Source: an uncultured Phycisphaerales bacterium
GTDB lineage: Bacteria > Planctomycetota > Phycisphaerae > Sedimentisphaerales > Anaerobacaceae
Direction: 5' to 3'
Assembly (NCBI GenBank): GCA_963772725.1
Contig: CAVYYI010000005.1
Span: forward strand, 160,001 to 224,000
DNA length: 64,000 nt
Shown here piece after piece: positions 21,547 to 32,885 of this stretch. Each line of letters begins with the position of its first letter. Position 1 is the stretch's first letter. The notes under the pieces are model-generated. The model worked only from the letters and a program-made list of their open reading frames with translations. It did no database searches and was not told the origin of the DNA. The position numbers were made by a program, and so were the translations under genes.

Positions 21547-23285
21547 TTATCTTTTTGCTATAAGCTGCTTATAGGCGTTCTCACCGCCGTTAAGAAGATG
21601 TATCAGCGGCTGCGGGCGGTCAATGCCTTCAACAAAGCACGGCCTTGCCGCCCACGGCGTAACACTCAGCACGTCTGATCAGATCCATCCAGTGCTGCAA
21701 ACGCGCCACCGGCAGATTCCAGGTCATGTGGAAATGGTTGGCCGGAGCATACTGCTTGTATTCGACCATGCTGGCATATTTCGGCACAACAAACGTATGC
21801 GGCCATGTCGGCGTAGTCAGATTGCACATCGCCTTGCCGAGTTTTTCCGGCACCTCAGTCGTATGAGCCTCATCCCAGATAAGGCTGAACATGCCGTTGA
21901 GGCTGCTGTAGGCCATTCTGCCCGCGATGCCTTCGATGCCTGCCGGCGTCATAAAGGTTACGCTAGTTGCCGCCGCCGGGGAAATAGCCGCATCGGCAAG
22001 CGGCATTGCGACGCCGTCCATAATCGTCTTAACAGATGCGCCGGGCTTTGCCGCCCAGTCGAATGCCGCCGAGCCGGAATTATCGCCATCAACAAGACCC
22101 TTAATGGCATAGTCGGCATTCGCATCAAGTCTTTAACATTGAGCTTTTTGGCCAAGTTCCTTGATTTCCCATGCTTCCCAGACCTTGCGGAAGTCCATAA
22201 ACAACGGCGGATTGCCGCCGCTGACAGATACGTCATAAACAGCATCGTCAAAAGCCCCTGCACATCGGCTTCGGTCGCATAAGGCAGCGGAGCTTTTGGG
22301 CCGTTGTGGTCAAAGGTGCTGTTAAACAGCGACTCCATCACATCGGCAACCGGCAGCGGCAGCCCGCGACGGATCCTGAACCCCATTCAAGCTGGCTCAT
22401 AAATCCGCCGCCGACGGCATTGAGGTCGGCCATCAGGTCGCGGTTGATAAGATACATCGCAAGGCTCGTGTTGAATCGTTCGCTGTCGGCCTCGTTTCGA
22501 AGCTCAAGCCGTTTGCCGACATATTTATCAATCCATGCGCGAAGTTCGTTGAGTTCTTTCTGGTCATACGCCTTTTTGGTGAGCATATCGGCCAGAAGCT
22601 TCATATCGAGCCGCGTAATTTCAATGCCGAAACGTATTGCGTGTCGGCAGAATATGGCCAAGAGCCGTTTCCATGCCCATCGAATCATGGCCGAAGACCA
22701 TCACACGCCGCCCGCGAAGCGAAACGGCCGTTACCGCCGCATAGCACCAGTCGATAAGCGCCTCGGCCGTCTGCTGCGGTCATCTTGGGATTCATACCGG
22801 TATCAGGCCATGTGCCGACATTAAGGCTGCATCATACGGCCGTACTGAGCTGATCGCGCCGCAAAGGGCATGAGCATACACCACGCCGGGCTTTGGCCCG
22901 CTGTTGCCGCAGGTAATATTGATCGGCGTATTCGTCCGGAAATTGCTGCAAAAGCGAGATGGCCGTAAGCTGCGGAAATGCCCACGTATCCGGCACGCAC
23001 ACCAGAATATCCACGCCCGCCTTGCGGAACTGCTGCGCGACAATATCGGCCTGCGCCTCGCCATCGACCAGCACAGTCGAATATACCACCGGCAACCGGC
23101 GTCTTATCCGGCATCACTACCTTGCCGCTGATGACCTCGGCGGCCATTTTTACGATATTCTGACAGCGTATGCGGCTGTCCTTGTCGATACGCGGGTCGC
23201 TGGTCGCAAAAACACCGATCACCGGGGCTTTCGGCGTTGCTTTTTTGATACTTGGTAAACATGCGGGTTCAATTTTTTCAGCCAT
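21547..23285 (-). CDS. L-fucose/arabinose isomerase-family protein (many frameshifts)
   Basis: Fragments VIGVFATSDPRID, VPDTWAFP, ATEADVQG, TPTWPHTF, PANHFH; upstream of fucU. Confidence 0.7.
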
Positions 23286-23401
23286 TTGTAATGCCTCCTT
23301 AAAATCTCATAGGAATAATTTTGAAAGTAAAGACAAACGTTTGCGTAATTTAACCCTGCCAAACTGATATGTAAAGCAAAAATTTGAATTAATACAGACA
23401 A

Positions 23402-23430
23402 TTGACCGATGAACAAATTATTATTATAAT
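23402..23430 (+). promoter_or_regulatory. Sigma70-type promoter of tRNA-Thr
   Basis: TTGACC-N17-TATAAT, 10 nt before the tRNA. Confidence 0.75.
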
Positions 23431-23440
23431 TGTTTTTTTC

Positions 23441-23512
23441 GCCAACGTAGCTCAACGGTAGAGCTCCGGTTTTGTAAACCGGAGGTTGTGGGTTCAAATC
23501 CCACCGTTGGCT
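23441..23512 (+). tRNA. tRNA-Thr(TGT)
   Basis: GCCAACG/CGTTGGC acceptor stem, CCGGT-tTTGTaa-ACCGG anticodon arm, GTTCAAATC T-loop; CCA not encoded. Confidence 0.95.
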
Positions 23513-23526
23513 TTTAATCTTTATCT

Positions 23527-23592
23527 GCCATACCTGCGAAAGCAGGTATCCAGTTTTTGGTCTATTTAGATTCCCGCTTTCGCGGGAGTAAC
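23527..23592. repeat. REP-like paired hairpins
   Basis: atacctgc-gaaa-gcaggtat ... tcccgc-tttc-gcggga in inverted arrangement. Confidence 0.6.
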
Positions 23593-23617
23593 AATATATT
23601 CATTAGCGAGGTTTTTA

Positions 23618-25241
23618 ATGGTCGTAACACGATTTGCACCATCGCCTACAGGCTATCTGCATATAGGCGGGGCAAGAACTGCACTTTTCAACTGGCTCCT
23701 GGCAAAACATACCGGCGGAAAATTCATCCTCAGAATCGAGGATACCGACGTAAAACGAAATACCGCGACCGCTATGCAGCAGGTGATAAACGACCTGCGG
23801 TGGCTCGGCATCGATTGGGACGAAGGCCCCGAAGTCGGCGGACCCAACGCACCATACCTCCAGTCCCAGCGAAGAGATATTTACGATAAATACATTAATC
23901 AGCTCATCGAACAGCAAAAAGCCTACTACTGTTTTGAAACCACCGACGAACTCGCCGCCATGCGTGAACTCGCTGAGGCCGATAAAAAAGGTTTTGTATA
24001 TCAAAGGCCGAAAGTTTTCCCTGACGCCAAAGACGTCGCAAAAGCCAAAGCCCAGGGTCAGCCTGTCACCGTGCGCTTTGCCATGCAGCAAAATGAACCG
24101 GTTATTATCGACGACATTGTTCGAGGCCAGGTAAAATTCGAGGCCTCCCAGCTCGGAGATTTCATAATACAAAAATCTGACGGCTTCCCCACCTATCACT
24201 TCGCCGTCGTAGTCGATGACGAACTTATGGGAGTCACCCATGTCCTCCGCGGCCAGGAGCATCTGATGAACACCCCTTACCATCAAGCCCTGCAGAAAGC
24301 CCTCGGCTTCCGCATCCCCGCTTACGCACACATGTCCGTAACCGTCAGCCAAAGCGGCGGCAAACTCTCAAAACGTGAACGCCCCGCGACCCTGCGTAAA
24401 CTTATCAAGGACACCCCTGATATAGATCTCAAAAAACTCGCCGATGTCGGCGGCATCACTGTCGAAGATATGAACGATTTCCTCGACGACAAAACAATGC
24501 CCGATATGCCCGCCATCGACGCCATCGCCAAATATATGGGTGTCGTCGCTGCCAGAAATAAACGTCGTCGATTTTTTCCGCAGCGGCTATCTCCCAGAAA
24601 CAATGGTCAACTTCCTCGCCCTTTTAGGTTGGAACCCCGGCGATAAACGCGAAATATTAACACGCCAGGAACTCATTGACTGCTTCGACATTTCCCGCCT
24701 GACAAAAACCAACAGCCTTTTCGACCGCGATAAGCTCATCGCCTTCAACACAGAGCATATCCGTATGACACCGCCGGAAAAACTCCTCGCCTACTTCAAG
24801 GCTTACATCAAAGAGATTGCCTCTCCCGTAGCAGCCGCCGATGACAAAACTCTCGACCGGCTCATAAAATCCAACCACGGCGCAAGAACACTCGCCGACA
24901 TCGACCGCAAAAGCCGCTTCGTCTTTATAGCCGACGACCAGATTGAATATGACGAAAAAGCTGTTGCTAAAGTCTTACTAAAAAGTGACGGCCTCGCGAT
25001 GCTCCAGCTCGTGCGCGATAAACTCGCCGCGATGGAAGAATTGACTGAGGAAGGCATAGAAAAAATGCTCCGTTCAATGGCCGAAGAAAAACAGGTCGGC
25101 CTTGGAAAAGTCGCCCAGCCCCTGCGGGTCGCTATTTGCGGCACAACAATCAGCCCGCCAATCTTCGACTCCGTCAGCCTCCTCGGCAAACAAAGAACAC
25201 TAAACCGAATAGATATAACCCTGAAAAAATTCATAAGTTAA
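23618..25241 (+). CDS. gltX: Glutamate--tRNA ligase (frameshift ~24545)
   Basis: TRFAPSPTGYLHIGG, RIEDTD, KLSKR, QPLRVA...SPPIF. Confidence 0.93.
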
Positions 25242-25315
25242 AGCAAAATGTAAAAAAACAAAGAAAAATTTTAAAACCATTTCAAAAAGAGACTGTACAC
25301 TTTAAGGAAGAATTT

Positions 25316-26221
25316 ATGCCGCTACTTGTAACAGGTTCGATAGGGATAGATACGGTAACGACGCCTTTTGGCACGAGCGAAAATTGCTTAGGCGGTTCCG
25401 CCGTCTATTTCAGCATCGCCGCCAGCTTCTTTTCGCCCGTGCGATTCATTGGCGTTATTGGCCAGGATTGTCCTTTCAATCTTTCCGAAGTCTTCGCCGG
25501 ACGCGACATCGACCTGACCGGCCTTGAAGTACGCCAGATGAGTAAAACCTTCCGCTGGAAAGGCTCCTATCACGGTGCGATGAATGAGGCTATCACCGAC
25601 GTTCTCGAATTAAATGTCCTCGCGGAAAAACCCCCGACCGTTCCCGATACTTATAAGGACAGCAAATACATCTTTCTTGCTAATACCGCCCCATCCCTTC
25701 AGATGCAGCTTCTCGAACAACTCAACCACCCCGCTTTCGTCGCCGCCGACACGATGAACTGCTGGATTCTCGGCAGACCCGATGAACTAAAAATGCTGCT
25801 CAAAAAAATTAACTGCCTGATTATCAATTCTGATGAGGCAAAAATGCTCGCCGAAGACAGCAACCTGATAACCGCAGGCGAAAAGATTCTAAAAATGGGA
25901 CCAGCCGTCGTCATTATCAAAAAAGGCGAATCAGGCTCATTTATGTGCAATTCAAAAGGCGATAAATTTCTTCTTCCCGCTTACCCAGCCACACAGGTAA
26001 AAGACCCCACCGGCGCAGGGGACAGCTTCGCCGGCGCTGTAATGGGCTATATCGCTAAGACCGGCAAAACCGATTTTGACACCTTGAAAACCGCCGTCGC
26101 CTACGGCACGGTTGTCGCCTCTTTCGCGATATCCGATTTTTCCCTGCACGGATTACGCTCCGCTAGGAAAGAAGACATCGAAAAACGCTTCGAGACCCTT
26201 AGAAAACTGACGAAGTTTTGA
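25316..26221 (+). CDS. PfkB-family sugar/nucleoside kinase
   Basis: LGGSA, DPTGAGDSFAG; SD AAGGA before ATG 25316. Confidence 0.88.
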   Translation: MPLLVTGSIGIDTVTTPFGTSENCLGGSAVYFSIAASFFSPVRFIGVIGQDCPFNLSEVFAGRDIDLTGLEVRQMSKTFRWKGSYHGAMNEAITDVLELNVLAEKPPTVPDTYKDSKYIFLANTAPSLQMQLLEQLNHPAFVAADTMNCWILGRPDELKMLLKKINCLIINSDEAKMLAEDSNLITAGEKILKMGPAVVIIKKGESGSFMCNSKGDKFLLPAYPATQVKDPTGAGDSFAGAVMGYIAKTGKTDFDTLKTAVAYGTVVASFAISDFSLHGLRSARKEDIEKRFETLRKLTKF

Positions 26222-26789
26222 TAGTAAGGTATTTTAAAATCATTTTCGAGACCTCTGAAAAACCTCACATTTTATTATTCTCTTATATTTTTGCTTGAAG
26301 TGCTTCGAAAAATTATTTCGATACACCGCAAAAACTGTTTTCTGGCCTTACCAAAGGATTCTTTTATGCCTTTGGTATACCTTTTTATCTGTTCATAACG
26401 GTCGTGTGCCGTTATCCGGCAATACTCACCAGGCTAAAACTCCTTTTCCAATTGTACGCTATTACATGTAACCCAAAATCAAAGGCGTTACGCCTCATAC
26501 CTCGATATCGAGTCCTGCCGTAGCCGGTATTCTTCATCCACGCAAACGGATGTTCAACCACCGCCCAATTCCCGCCACCAGACGGTTATGCAATTTCTGT
26601 GAGGCTGTTAATTCCTTCTGGCCGCGAACTCGTTTTTGAATAATTCCGCAAAACACGCCGCGTTCCTCCAGTTTTGCCTTTCGGTCTTTATCCATATATG
26701 CGTAACCGTCCGACCAAGTACATATTGTAAATGCTGATGAGGTAGGGATAATCGTTTTTGGTTTTGAGGTTTATTTAAGGAACAAAATC

Positions 26790-27143
26790 ATGAGCGATAA
26801 TGGTAAAGTCACAAAAGCGGACCAGACCGAGTTCTGGAAAATGGTTTTGGAAACATACAAATCAAGCAATCTGTCAATTCATCAATTTTGCAAACAGGAA
26901 GGTCTTCACGAATGGGCATTTTACTCTTGGCGTAGAAAGCTGGCAGGTCAGCAGCCTCAAAAATTCGTTACTCCAACAACACCAGATAATCCGGCATTTA
27001 TCGAAGTTCCCGTCATACGCCCAAAGCCGCAGCCATTGGAACTTATACTAAGAAGCGGTCATATACTGAAAATACCCTCTGACATTGACCAGGGCACAAT
27101 CAATAAGGTTTTCTCTGCATTAAAGGAAACACAGTTGTGCTGA
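26790..27143 (+). CDS. tnpA: IS66 accessory protein TnpA
   Basis: HTH-like S..FC..EGL...FYSWRRKL; first ORF in the IS66. Confidence 0.85.
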   Translation: MSDNGKVTKADQTEFWKMVLETYKSSNLSIHQFCKQEGLHEWAFYSWRRKLAGQQPQKFVTPTTPDNPAFIEVPVIRPKPQPLELILRSGHILKIPSDIDQGTINKVFSALKETQLC

Positions 27144-27496
27144 CTTTACCCTGTTCGGTACGTATTTTTGTCTCTGTTGATCCAACTGATATGCGTTGCA
27201 GTTTCGACCGTCTGGCCGCGATGACACAAACTATTTTAGGGCAGGACCCTTTAAGCGGTCATCTGTTTGTATTTTTCAATCGTTACCGCGACAGATGCAA
27301 GATACTATTCTGGGACAGGACGGGGTTTTGTCTATGGTACAAAAGGCTGGAAGAGGGTGTATTTCGATTGCCGCATCATTCTTCAGTAAAATGTCTTGAG
27401 ATGGATTTGGCAAGGCTGACGCTGGTTCTCGAGGGCATAGACCTTTGTTCGGCACATCAGCGAAAAAGATTTTCAATTGGAAACGGCATATTTTGA
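27137..27496 (+). CDS. tnpB: IS66 accessory protein TnpB
   Basis: PTDMRCSFDRL, FVFFNR, KILFWD, KRLEEG. Confidence 0.9.
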   Translation: MLTLPCSVRIFVSVDPTDMRCSFDRLAAMTQTILGQDPLSGHLFVFFNRYRDRCKILFWDRTGFCLWYKRLEEGVFRLPHHSSVKCLEMDLARLTLVLEGIDLCSAHQRKRFSIGNGIF

Positions 27497-27624
27497 TAAT
27501 CTCAAAAAAAATATTTCACTTTTTTTTGAATATTATCATTATTTCTCTTGACATTATCCGATTATATGATATATAGGAGTCATCGTTACGGATAATGATG
27601 TAGAAAAAAGCTTTAACGGAATAA

Positions 27625-29172
27625 ATGATTACAACAAACACACCTATTACAGAACTGCCCAGCGACGTTGAAACCCTCAGAGAGATGGTTTTAAAACTGT
27701 TGGCTAATGTTGACGACCTCAATCAGCAGCTGGCCTGGTTCAAGCGTCATGTATTCGGCAGAAGGAGCGAGAAGCTTGATCCTGCCCAGAGGCTGCTTTT
27801 TGAGGGTCTTTGTACAGAACTTGAGTCGAGGATTGCGGCAGAACAACAAAAGGCTGATGCATGTGTTGAAACGCCGAAACCAAAGAATGCCAGTCATCAT
27901 GGCAGACGTCCTTTACCTGAGGATTTACCCCGCCAGCGGATAGAGTATCATCCCCCGGAAGAGGAACTTATCTGCCCATCCTGCGGAAAAGAAAAACAGG
28001 TAATCGGCGAAGAGATAACAGAGCAGCTTGATTATGTGCCTGCATCATTTGTTGTTCGTCAGCATGTGCGCATTAAATATGCCTGCCCTGACTGCAAAGA
28101 AAATGTATCCATAGCAGAACTTCCTGCATTTCCCATAGAAAAGGGTCGTCCCGGGACAGGACTGCTTGCTCATATAATTACCAGCAAATATACCGACCAC
28201 CTCCCGCTTAATCGTCAGGAGAATATTTTCGGTCGGCATGATGTGGAAATCAGGCGTTCCACTATGTGTGACTGGGTAGGGCAATGTGCCGGTCTGCTTG
28301 AGCCTATCGCCAAAGAAATGAAGAGGCAGTTGTTAAAATCGCCTAAGATTCATACCGATGATACGACCATCCCTGTTCAGTGCAAGGATCGTAAAAGCAC
28401 TTATGACGGTTATTTATGGGTATATGCCGATATGAGTGATAATGTTGTGTTCGATTTTACACCGACACGATGTCGGGATGGGCCTATCAATTTTCTGGGG
28501 AGTTACAGCGGATATATACAGGCGGATGCATACAAGGGTTACGACAAGCTCTTTGCCGAAGGCAGATGTACTGAGGTAGGCTGCTGGGCGCATTGCAGGC
28601 GCAAGTTTGATGAGGCTATTGAGACTGATAAGGAGCGAGCCGGGATTATGCTCGCATTGATAGGCAGTCTCTACGATGTGGAACGTGATGCAAAGAGACG
28701 TAACCTTGACGCTGACAGTATAAAGTCACTGCGTCAGGAAAAGAGTAAACCCATTCTCGAAGAGATTCGCAGAGTCATTGATAGCTGGTCGCTACAGATT
28801 TTGCCGAAGAGTCCAATTGGCAAGGCGATAAATTATGCACTTGGTCAGTGGAAAGCATTAAACAGATATATTGAGAACGGAATCCTTTCGATAGATAATA
28901 ATCTTTCAGAACGGATTTTAAGAATGGTTGTTCTCGGGCGTAAAAACTGGCTGTTTGCCGGCAATGAGAACGGAGCCCAAAGGGCAGCGACCATATACAG
29001 TCTGGTTGCAAGCTGCAAACTAAGTGATATTGACCCATTCGTATATTTCAGGGATGTTCTTGAACGTGTCAGCACGCACCCCAACAGCCGGATTGCCGAA
29101 CTGACACCTCCAAACTGGAAAAAGCTGTATTTCAAATCTGTCACAGAAGCAAACCCAACTCAAAACAACTAA
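27625..29172 (+). CDS. tnpC: IS66 transposase TnpC
   Basis: FGRRSEK, zinc finger, HTDDT, CWAHCRRKF, IDNNLSER, GRKNWLF. Confidence 0.93.
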   Translation: MITTNTPITELPSDVETLREMVLKLLANVDDLNQQLAWFKRHVFGRRSEKLDPAQRLLFEGLCTELESRIAAEQQKADACVETPKPKNASHHGRRPLPEDLPRQRIEYHPPEEELICPSCGKEKQVIGEEITEQLDYVPASFVVRQHVRIKYACPDCKENVSIAELPAFPIEKGRPGTGLLAHIITSKYTDHLPLNRQENIFGRHDVEIRRSTMCDWVGQCAGLLEPIAKEMKRQLLKSPKIHTDDTTIPVQCKDRKSTYDGYLWVYADMSDNVVFDFTPTRCRDGPINFLGSYSGYIQADAYKGYDKLFAEGRCTEVGCWAHCRRKFDEAIETDKERAGIMLALIGSLYDVERDAKRRNLDADSIKSLRQEKSKPILEEIRRVIDSWSLQILPKSPIGKAINYALGQWKALNRYIENGILSIDNNLSERILRMVVLGRKNWLFAGNENGAQRAATIYSLVASCKLSDIDPFVYFRDVLERVSTHPNSRIAELTPPNWKKLYFKSVTEANPTQNN

Positions 29173-29797
29173 ACGACAGCCCCATTCTTCGTAAAAATAA
29201 ATTTCACTTGTGTACTATCCGCAACCTGTAGTTGGTCGGACGGTTACTATATGCACTATCAGCAAAGACACTGTCCTTCTCATCCTCAACAAGTTCGTCA
29301 ATATACCTGCTGTCATGGGTTGAGGCGGTATCGAAACGGTAGTCTTTAATCATGCCGTTACAGTCAGTAGCAATATGGCCCTTATAGCCGTGATATATTC
29401 TGCCATGTTTTTTCGTATAACCTGCTGCCTTGTCTTTGGTGCTGGAAATACCGTCTTTGCCAGTTCTGCCGCGAGGCGCTTCTATTATAGTGGCATCAAC
29501 ACAGGTCCCTTCCTCAAGTATAACGCCGCGACTTTTGAGGATGGCGATAGTCTTATCAAATAATGTAGCTATATGGCCGTTTATATTAAGACGCTTGCGA
29601 AACTGCACAAAAGTAGTTTCATCAGGTGCATCCTGTTCCATCTTAAGGCCTACAAATCGTCTGAAGGATATACGGTCACAGAGCATCTCTTCGAGCATCG
29701 GGTCGGAAAGATTAAACCACTTTTGCAGCATTATGCATTTTATCATCATTACAAGTGGATAATTCGATGCTCCGCCTTTGTCGGTGTTGTTCTTGTA

Positions 29798-30920
29798 TAC
29801 TGCTTACGATTGAATTTTCCTGTTTTTATGCAGCTTGAATGTGAAAGTTTTCTGTCAGTAATGCTCTCAGTTCCGGCAAATATTTCTTTCTCTTCCGGAA
29901 AAAGCTCTCACATGCTCGCTTGAATTCACCAAACGTTTCATAGTAGCGATTGTTCAGCACTTTTTTCTTAAAAAACTTCCAGTACCGTTCAATCAGATTC
30001 AGATTCGGCGAGTATGACGGCAAAAAGATCAATTTGATTTTCGTGCCCTCGGTATACTCTTTTAACAAACGTGAACGATAATATCGAGCATTGTCAACAA
30101 TGATGTAAATCCTTTTGGCCTCCGGATGTTTTGCTTCGATCTTAGAGAACAAATCAATGGTCGAATTCGCATTGATCGTGTCATAAAACCCTGTCGTTGG
30201 CTCCAGTGTTTCGATGTTAATCGCACCATTGATATTCAATCGCTGGCGGCCACAGTTGGCTTTGAGTTCTTTTTCCTTTCCCGTCTTAATCCAGCCGTAA
30301 GAAGGAATGCTGTTGTGCTGCGGGTGGGTGGCATCGGCGAAATAAATTGGGTCGTTTTGACTTTTGCTTGCCTTGATCTGTTCATATTCCTCGAGAAATG
30401 CCTGTTGCTTGATGGGGTCTTGTTTACCGGGAACATGTGTCGGCTTCTTGTAGGAAAATCCAAGACGATGCAGCAAATCGGTGACTCCGCTGACGGAGTA
30501 ATGGACCACATACTGCTTGTCAATGTGAGCGATAACCGATTTGGCATCGGGGAAAATATGATCTTCGAGATATGCCTCAAGTTCGCTCATTTGATGTTCA
30601 TCGAGTTTCGGTTCTGCGCCGGGATAGTTGTCATCCAGCAATGCCTGGAAACCGTCTTGCCGATACCGCTCGAAATAGCCCCGTGATGTCTTCTCATCGA
30701 AAAGAAGTATCTCGGCCACCTGAGCCGCCGACCATCCCTTTGCTAAAGCAATGACCGCTTTGACCCGGTCGGCCTGACGCTTATCACGCAACGAACGATG
30801 CAATGCCTCCAGTTCAGCTATTTTTTCTTTTGACAACTTATAATCCTTCATATACGCTGTTTATCGGACAGAAGGTGCTTTTTGATTGAAAAATACGGAA
30901 TTTTTCAATCAAGAGTAGTA
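29798..30920 (-). mobile_element. IS630-family element
   Basis: Inserted at a TA with TA duplication; imperfect TIR TACT(G/A)CT...GATTGAA. Confidence 0.88.
29826..30851 (-). CDS. IS630 transposase
   Basis: YFADATH, IVDNARY, LPSYSPNLNLIERYW. Confidence 0.92.
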   Translation of the reverse strand: MKDYKLSKEKIAELEALHRSLRDKRQADRVKAVIALAKGWSAAQVAEILLFDEKTSRGYFERYRQDGFQALLDDNYPGAEPKLDEHQMSELEAYLEDHIFPDAKSVIAHIDKQYVVHYSVSGVTDLLHRLGFSYKKPTHVPGKQDPIKQQAFLEEYEQIKASKSQNDPIYFADATHPQHNSIPSYGWIKTGKEKELKANCGRQRLNINGAINIETLEPTTGFYDTINANSTIDLFSKIEAKHPEAKRIYIIVDNARYYRSRLLKEYTEGTKIKLIFLPSYSPNLNLIERYWKFFKKKVLNNRYYETFGEFKRACESFFRKRKKYLPELRALLTENFHIQAA

Positions 30921-31204
30921 TACATATCCCTTAACGGCTCAGCAAGTTCGTTCCATGGTATAAGCTGGTCGCATTTTTGAAAAAATTGAGCAGTGCGACG
31001 ACCGCCGAGGTCAGAGGTTAAACTGTCGAGAAATGTTGGTTGATTGCTTGTGCGTTCCATAATCTTTGCCTCCATGCAATAAAATTGACTATTGAATGGA
31101 CGCATTATATCATATCCGCTGATAATTGCATTAATGTTTTGTAAAAAATGCATAGTTTTTCAGAGGTCTCTTTCGTCAAAAGAAATTAAATATCAAAAAT
31201 AAAA

Positions 31205-31576
31205 ATGCAAAATGACAAAGTAAAATTCAAAAATGAATTTAAGAAAAGGCTCTATGATTTTACACTGCGTTTGATAGAGTTTCTTGATAAATTACCCAGC
31301 GATGGTGTCGCAAAAAGGATAGGCGACCAACTATTAAGAAGCGGAACAAGTATTATAGGCAACTACGTCGAAGGCCAGGCGGCAAGCAGCAAAAAGGATT
31401 TCATTAATTTTTTCACCATCTCCCTTAAGTCCGCCAACGAAAGCAAATTGTGGTTCGCCCTGCTTCGTGACAGCAAACGTGCCACACCTGAGTCTGTAAA
31501 CTGGTTTTTGAACGAATTGAACGAAATTGCAAATATTTTCGCTTCCAGTATCCTTACTTTAAAAGGCAAAAAGTAA
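31205..31576 (+). CDS. Four-helix-bundle protein (23S rRNA IVS protein family)
   Basis: QLLRSGTSI..NY.EG..ASSKKDF..F..ISLKSANE..W. Confidence 0.88.
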   Translation: MQNDKVKFKNEFKKRLYDFTLRLIEFLDKLPSDGVAKRIGDQLLRSGTSIIGNYVEGQAASSKKDFINFFTISLKSANESKLWFALLRDSKRATPESVNWFLNELNEIANIFASSILTLKGKK

Positions 31577-31604
31577 TTTTAATTTTTTATATGTAATTTT
31601 GATA

Positions 31605-32850
31605 GAGACCTCTGAAAAACTATGCATTTTTTACAAAACATTAATGCAATTATCAGCGGATATGATATAATGCGTCCATTCAATAGTCAATTTTATTGCA
31701 TGGAGGCAAAGATTATGGAACGCACAAGCAATCAACCAACATTTCTCAACAGTTTAACCTCTGACCTCGGCGGTCGTCGCACTGCTCAATTTTTTCAAAA
31801 ATGCGACCAGCTTATACCATGGAACGAACTTGCTGAGCCGTTAAGGGATATGTACAAGAACAACACCGACAAAGGCGGAGCATCGAATTATCCACTTGTA
31901 ATGATGATAAAATGCATAATGCTGCAAAAGTGGTTTAATCTTTCCGACCCGATGCTCGAAGAGATGCTCTGTGACCGTATATCCTTCAGACGATTTGTAG
32001 GCCTTAAGATGGAACAGGATGCACCTGATGAAACTACTTTTGTGCAGTTTCGCAAGCGTCTTAATATAAACGGCCATATAGCTACATTATTTGATAAGAC
32101 TATCGCCATCCTCAAAAGTCGCGGCGTTATACTTGAGGAAGGGACCTGTGTTGATGCCACTATAATAGAAGCGCCTCGCGGCAGAACTGGCAAAGACGGT
32201 ATTTCCAGCACCAAAGACAAGGCAGCAGGTTATACGAAAAAACATGGCAGAATATATCACGGCTATAAGGGCCATATTGCTACTGACTGTAACGGCATGA
32301 TTAAAGACTACCGTTTCGATACCGCCTCAACCCATGACAGCAGGTATATTGACGAACTTGTCGAGGATGAGAAGGACAGTGTCTTTGCTGATAGTGCATA
32401 TATGGATAAAGACCGAAAGGCAAAACTGGAGGAACGCGGCGTGTTTTGCGGAATTATTCAAAAACGAGTTCGCGGCCAGAAGGAATTAACAGCCTCACAG
32501 AAATTGCATAACCGTCTGGTGGCGGGAATTCGGGCGGTGGTTGAACATCCGTTTGCGTGGATGAAGAATACCGGCTACGGCAGGACTCGATATCGAGGTA
32601 TGAGGCGTAACGCCTTTGATTTTGGGTTACATGTAATAGCGTACAATTGGAAAAGGAGTTTTAGCCTGGTGAGTATTGCCGGATAACGGCACACGACCGT
32701 TATGAACAGATAAAAAGGTATACCAAAGGCATAAAAGAATCCTTTGGTAAGGCCAGAAAACAGTTTTTGCGGTGTATCGAAATAATTTTTCGAAGCACTT
32801 CAAGCAAAAATATAAGAGAATAATAAAATGTGAGGTTTTTCAGAGGTCTC
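31605..32850 (+). mobile_element. IS5-family element, intact (1246 bp)
   Basis: Perfect 16-bp TIR GAGACCTCTGAAAAAC, 4-bp DR GATA. Confidence 0.95.
31715..32686 (+). CDS. IS5-family transposase
   Basis: LSDP..EE..DRISFRRF, VDATII, GYKGH, ADSAY, RAVVEHPF; SD GGAGG before ATG 31715. Confidence 0.92.
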   Translation: MERTSNQPTFLNSLTSDLGGRRTAQFFQKCDQLIPWNELAEPLRDMYKNNTDKGGASNYPLVMMIKCIMLQKWFNLSDPMLEEMLCDRISFRRFVGLKMEQDAPDETTFVQFRKRLNINGHIATLFDKTIAILKSRGVILEEGTCVDATIIEAPRGRTGKDGISSTKDKAAGYTKKHGRIYHGYKGHIATDCNGMIKDYRFDTASTHDSRYIDELVEDEKDSVFADSAYMDKDRKAKLEERGVFCGIIQKRVRGQKELTASQKLHNRLVAGIRAVVEHPFAWMKNTGYGRTRYRGMRRNAFDFGLHVIAYNWKRSFSLVSIAG

Positions 32851-32885
32851 GATATTTAATTTTTGATTTTTGATTTTTTTTAAAG

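Larger units (their letters stand above)
26702..29247 (+). mobile_element. IS66-family element
   Basis: TIR GTAACCGTCCGACCAA, duplicated target TATATGC, tnpA-tnpB-tnpC organisation. Confidence 0.93.
26248..31170 (-). mobile_element. IS5-family element, interrupted by nested IS66 and IS630
   Basis: 16-bp TIR GAGACCTCTGAAAAAC at both ends, 4-bp DR TTTC; the remaining sequence matches the intact copy at 31605. Confidence 0.92.

Noticed and set aside
29204..31153. ORFs 29204-29749 and 30905-31153 as independent genes
   Set aside because: They are fragments of the interrupted IS5 transposase reading into the nested elements.
26248..32850. Composite transposon carrying the four-helix-bundle gene
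   Set aside because: Each IS5 copy has its own target duplication (TTTC versus GATA), so they inserted independently.
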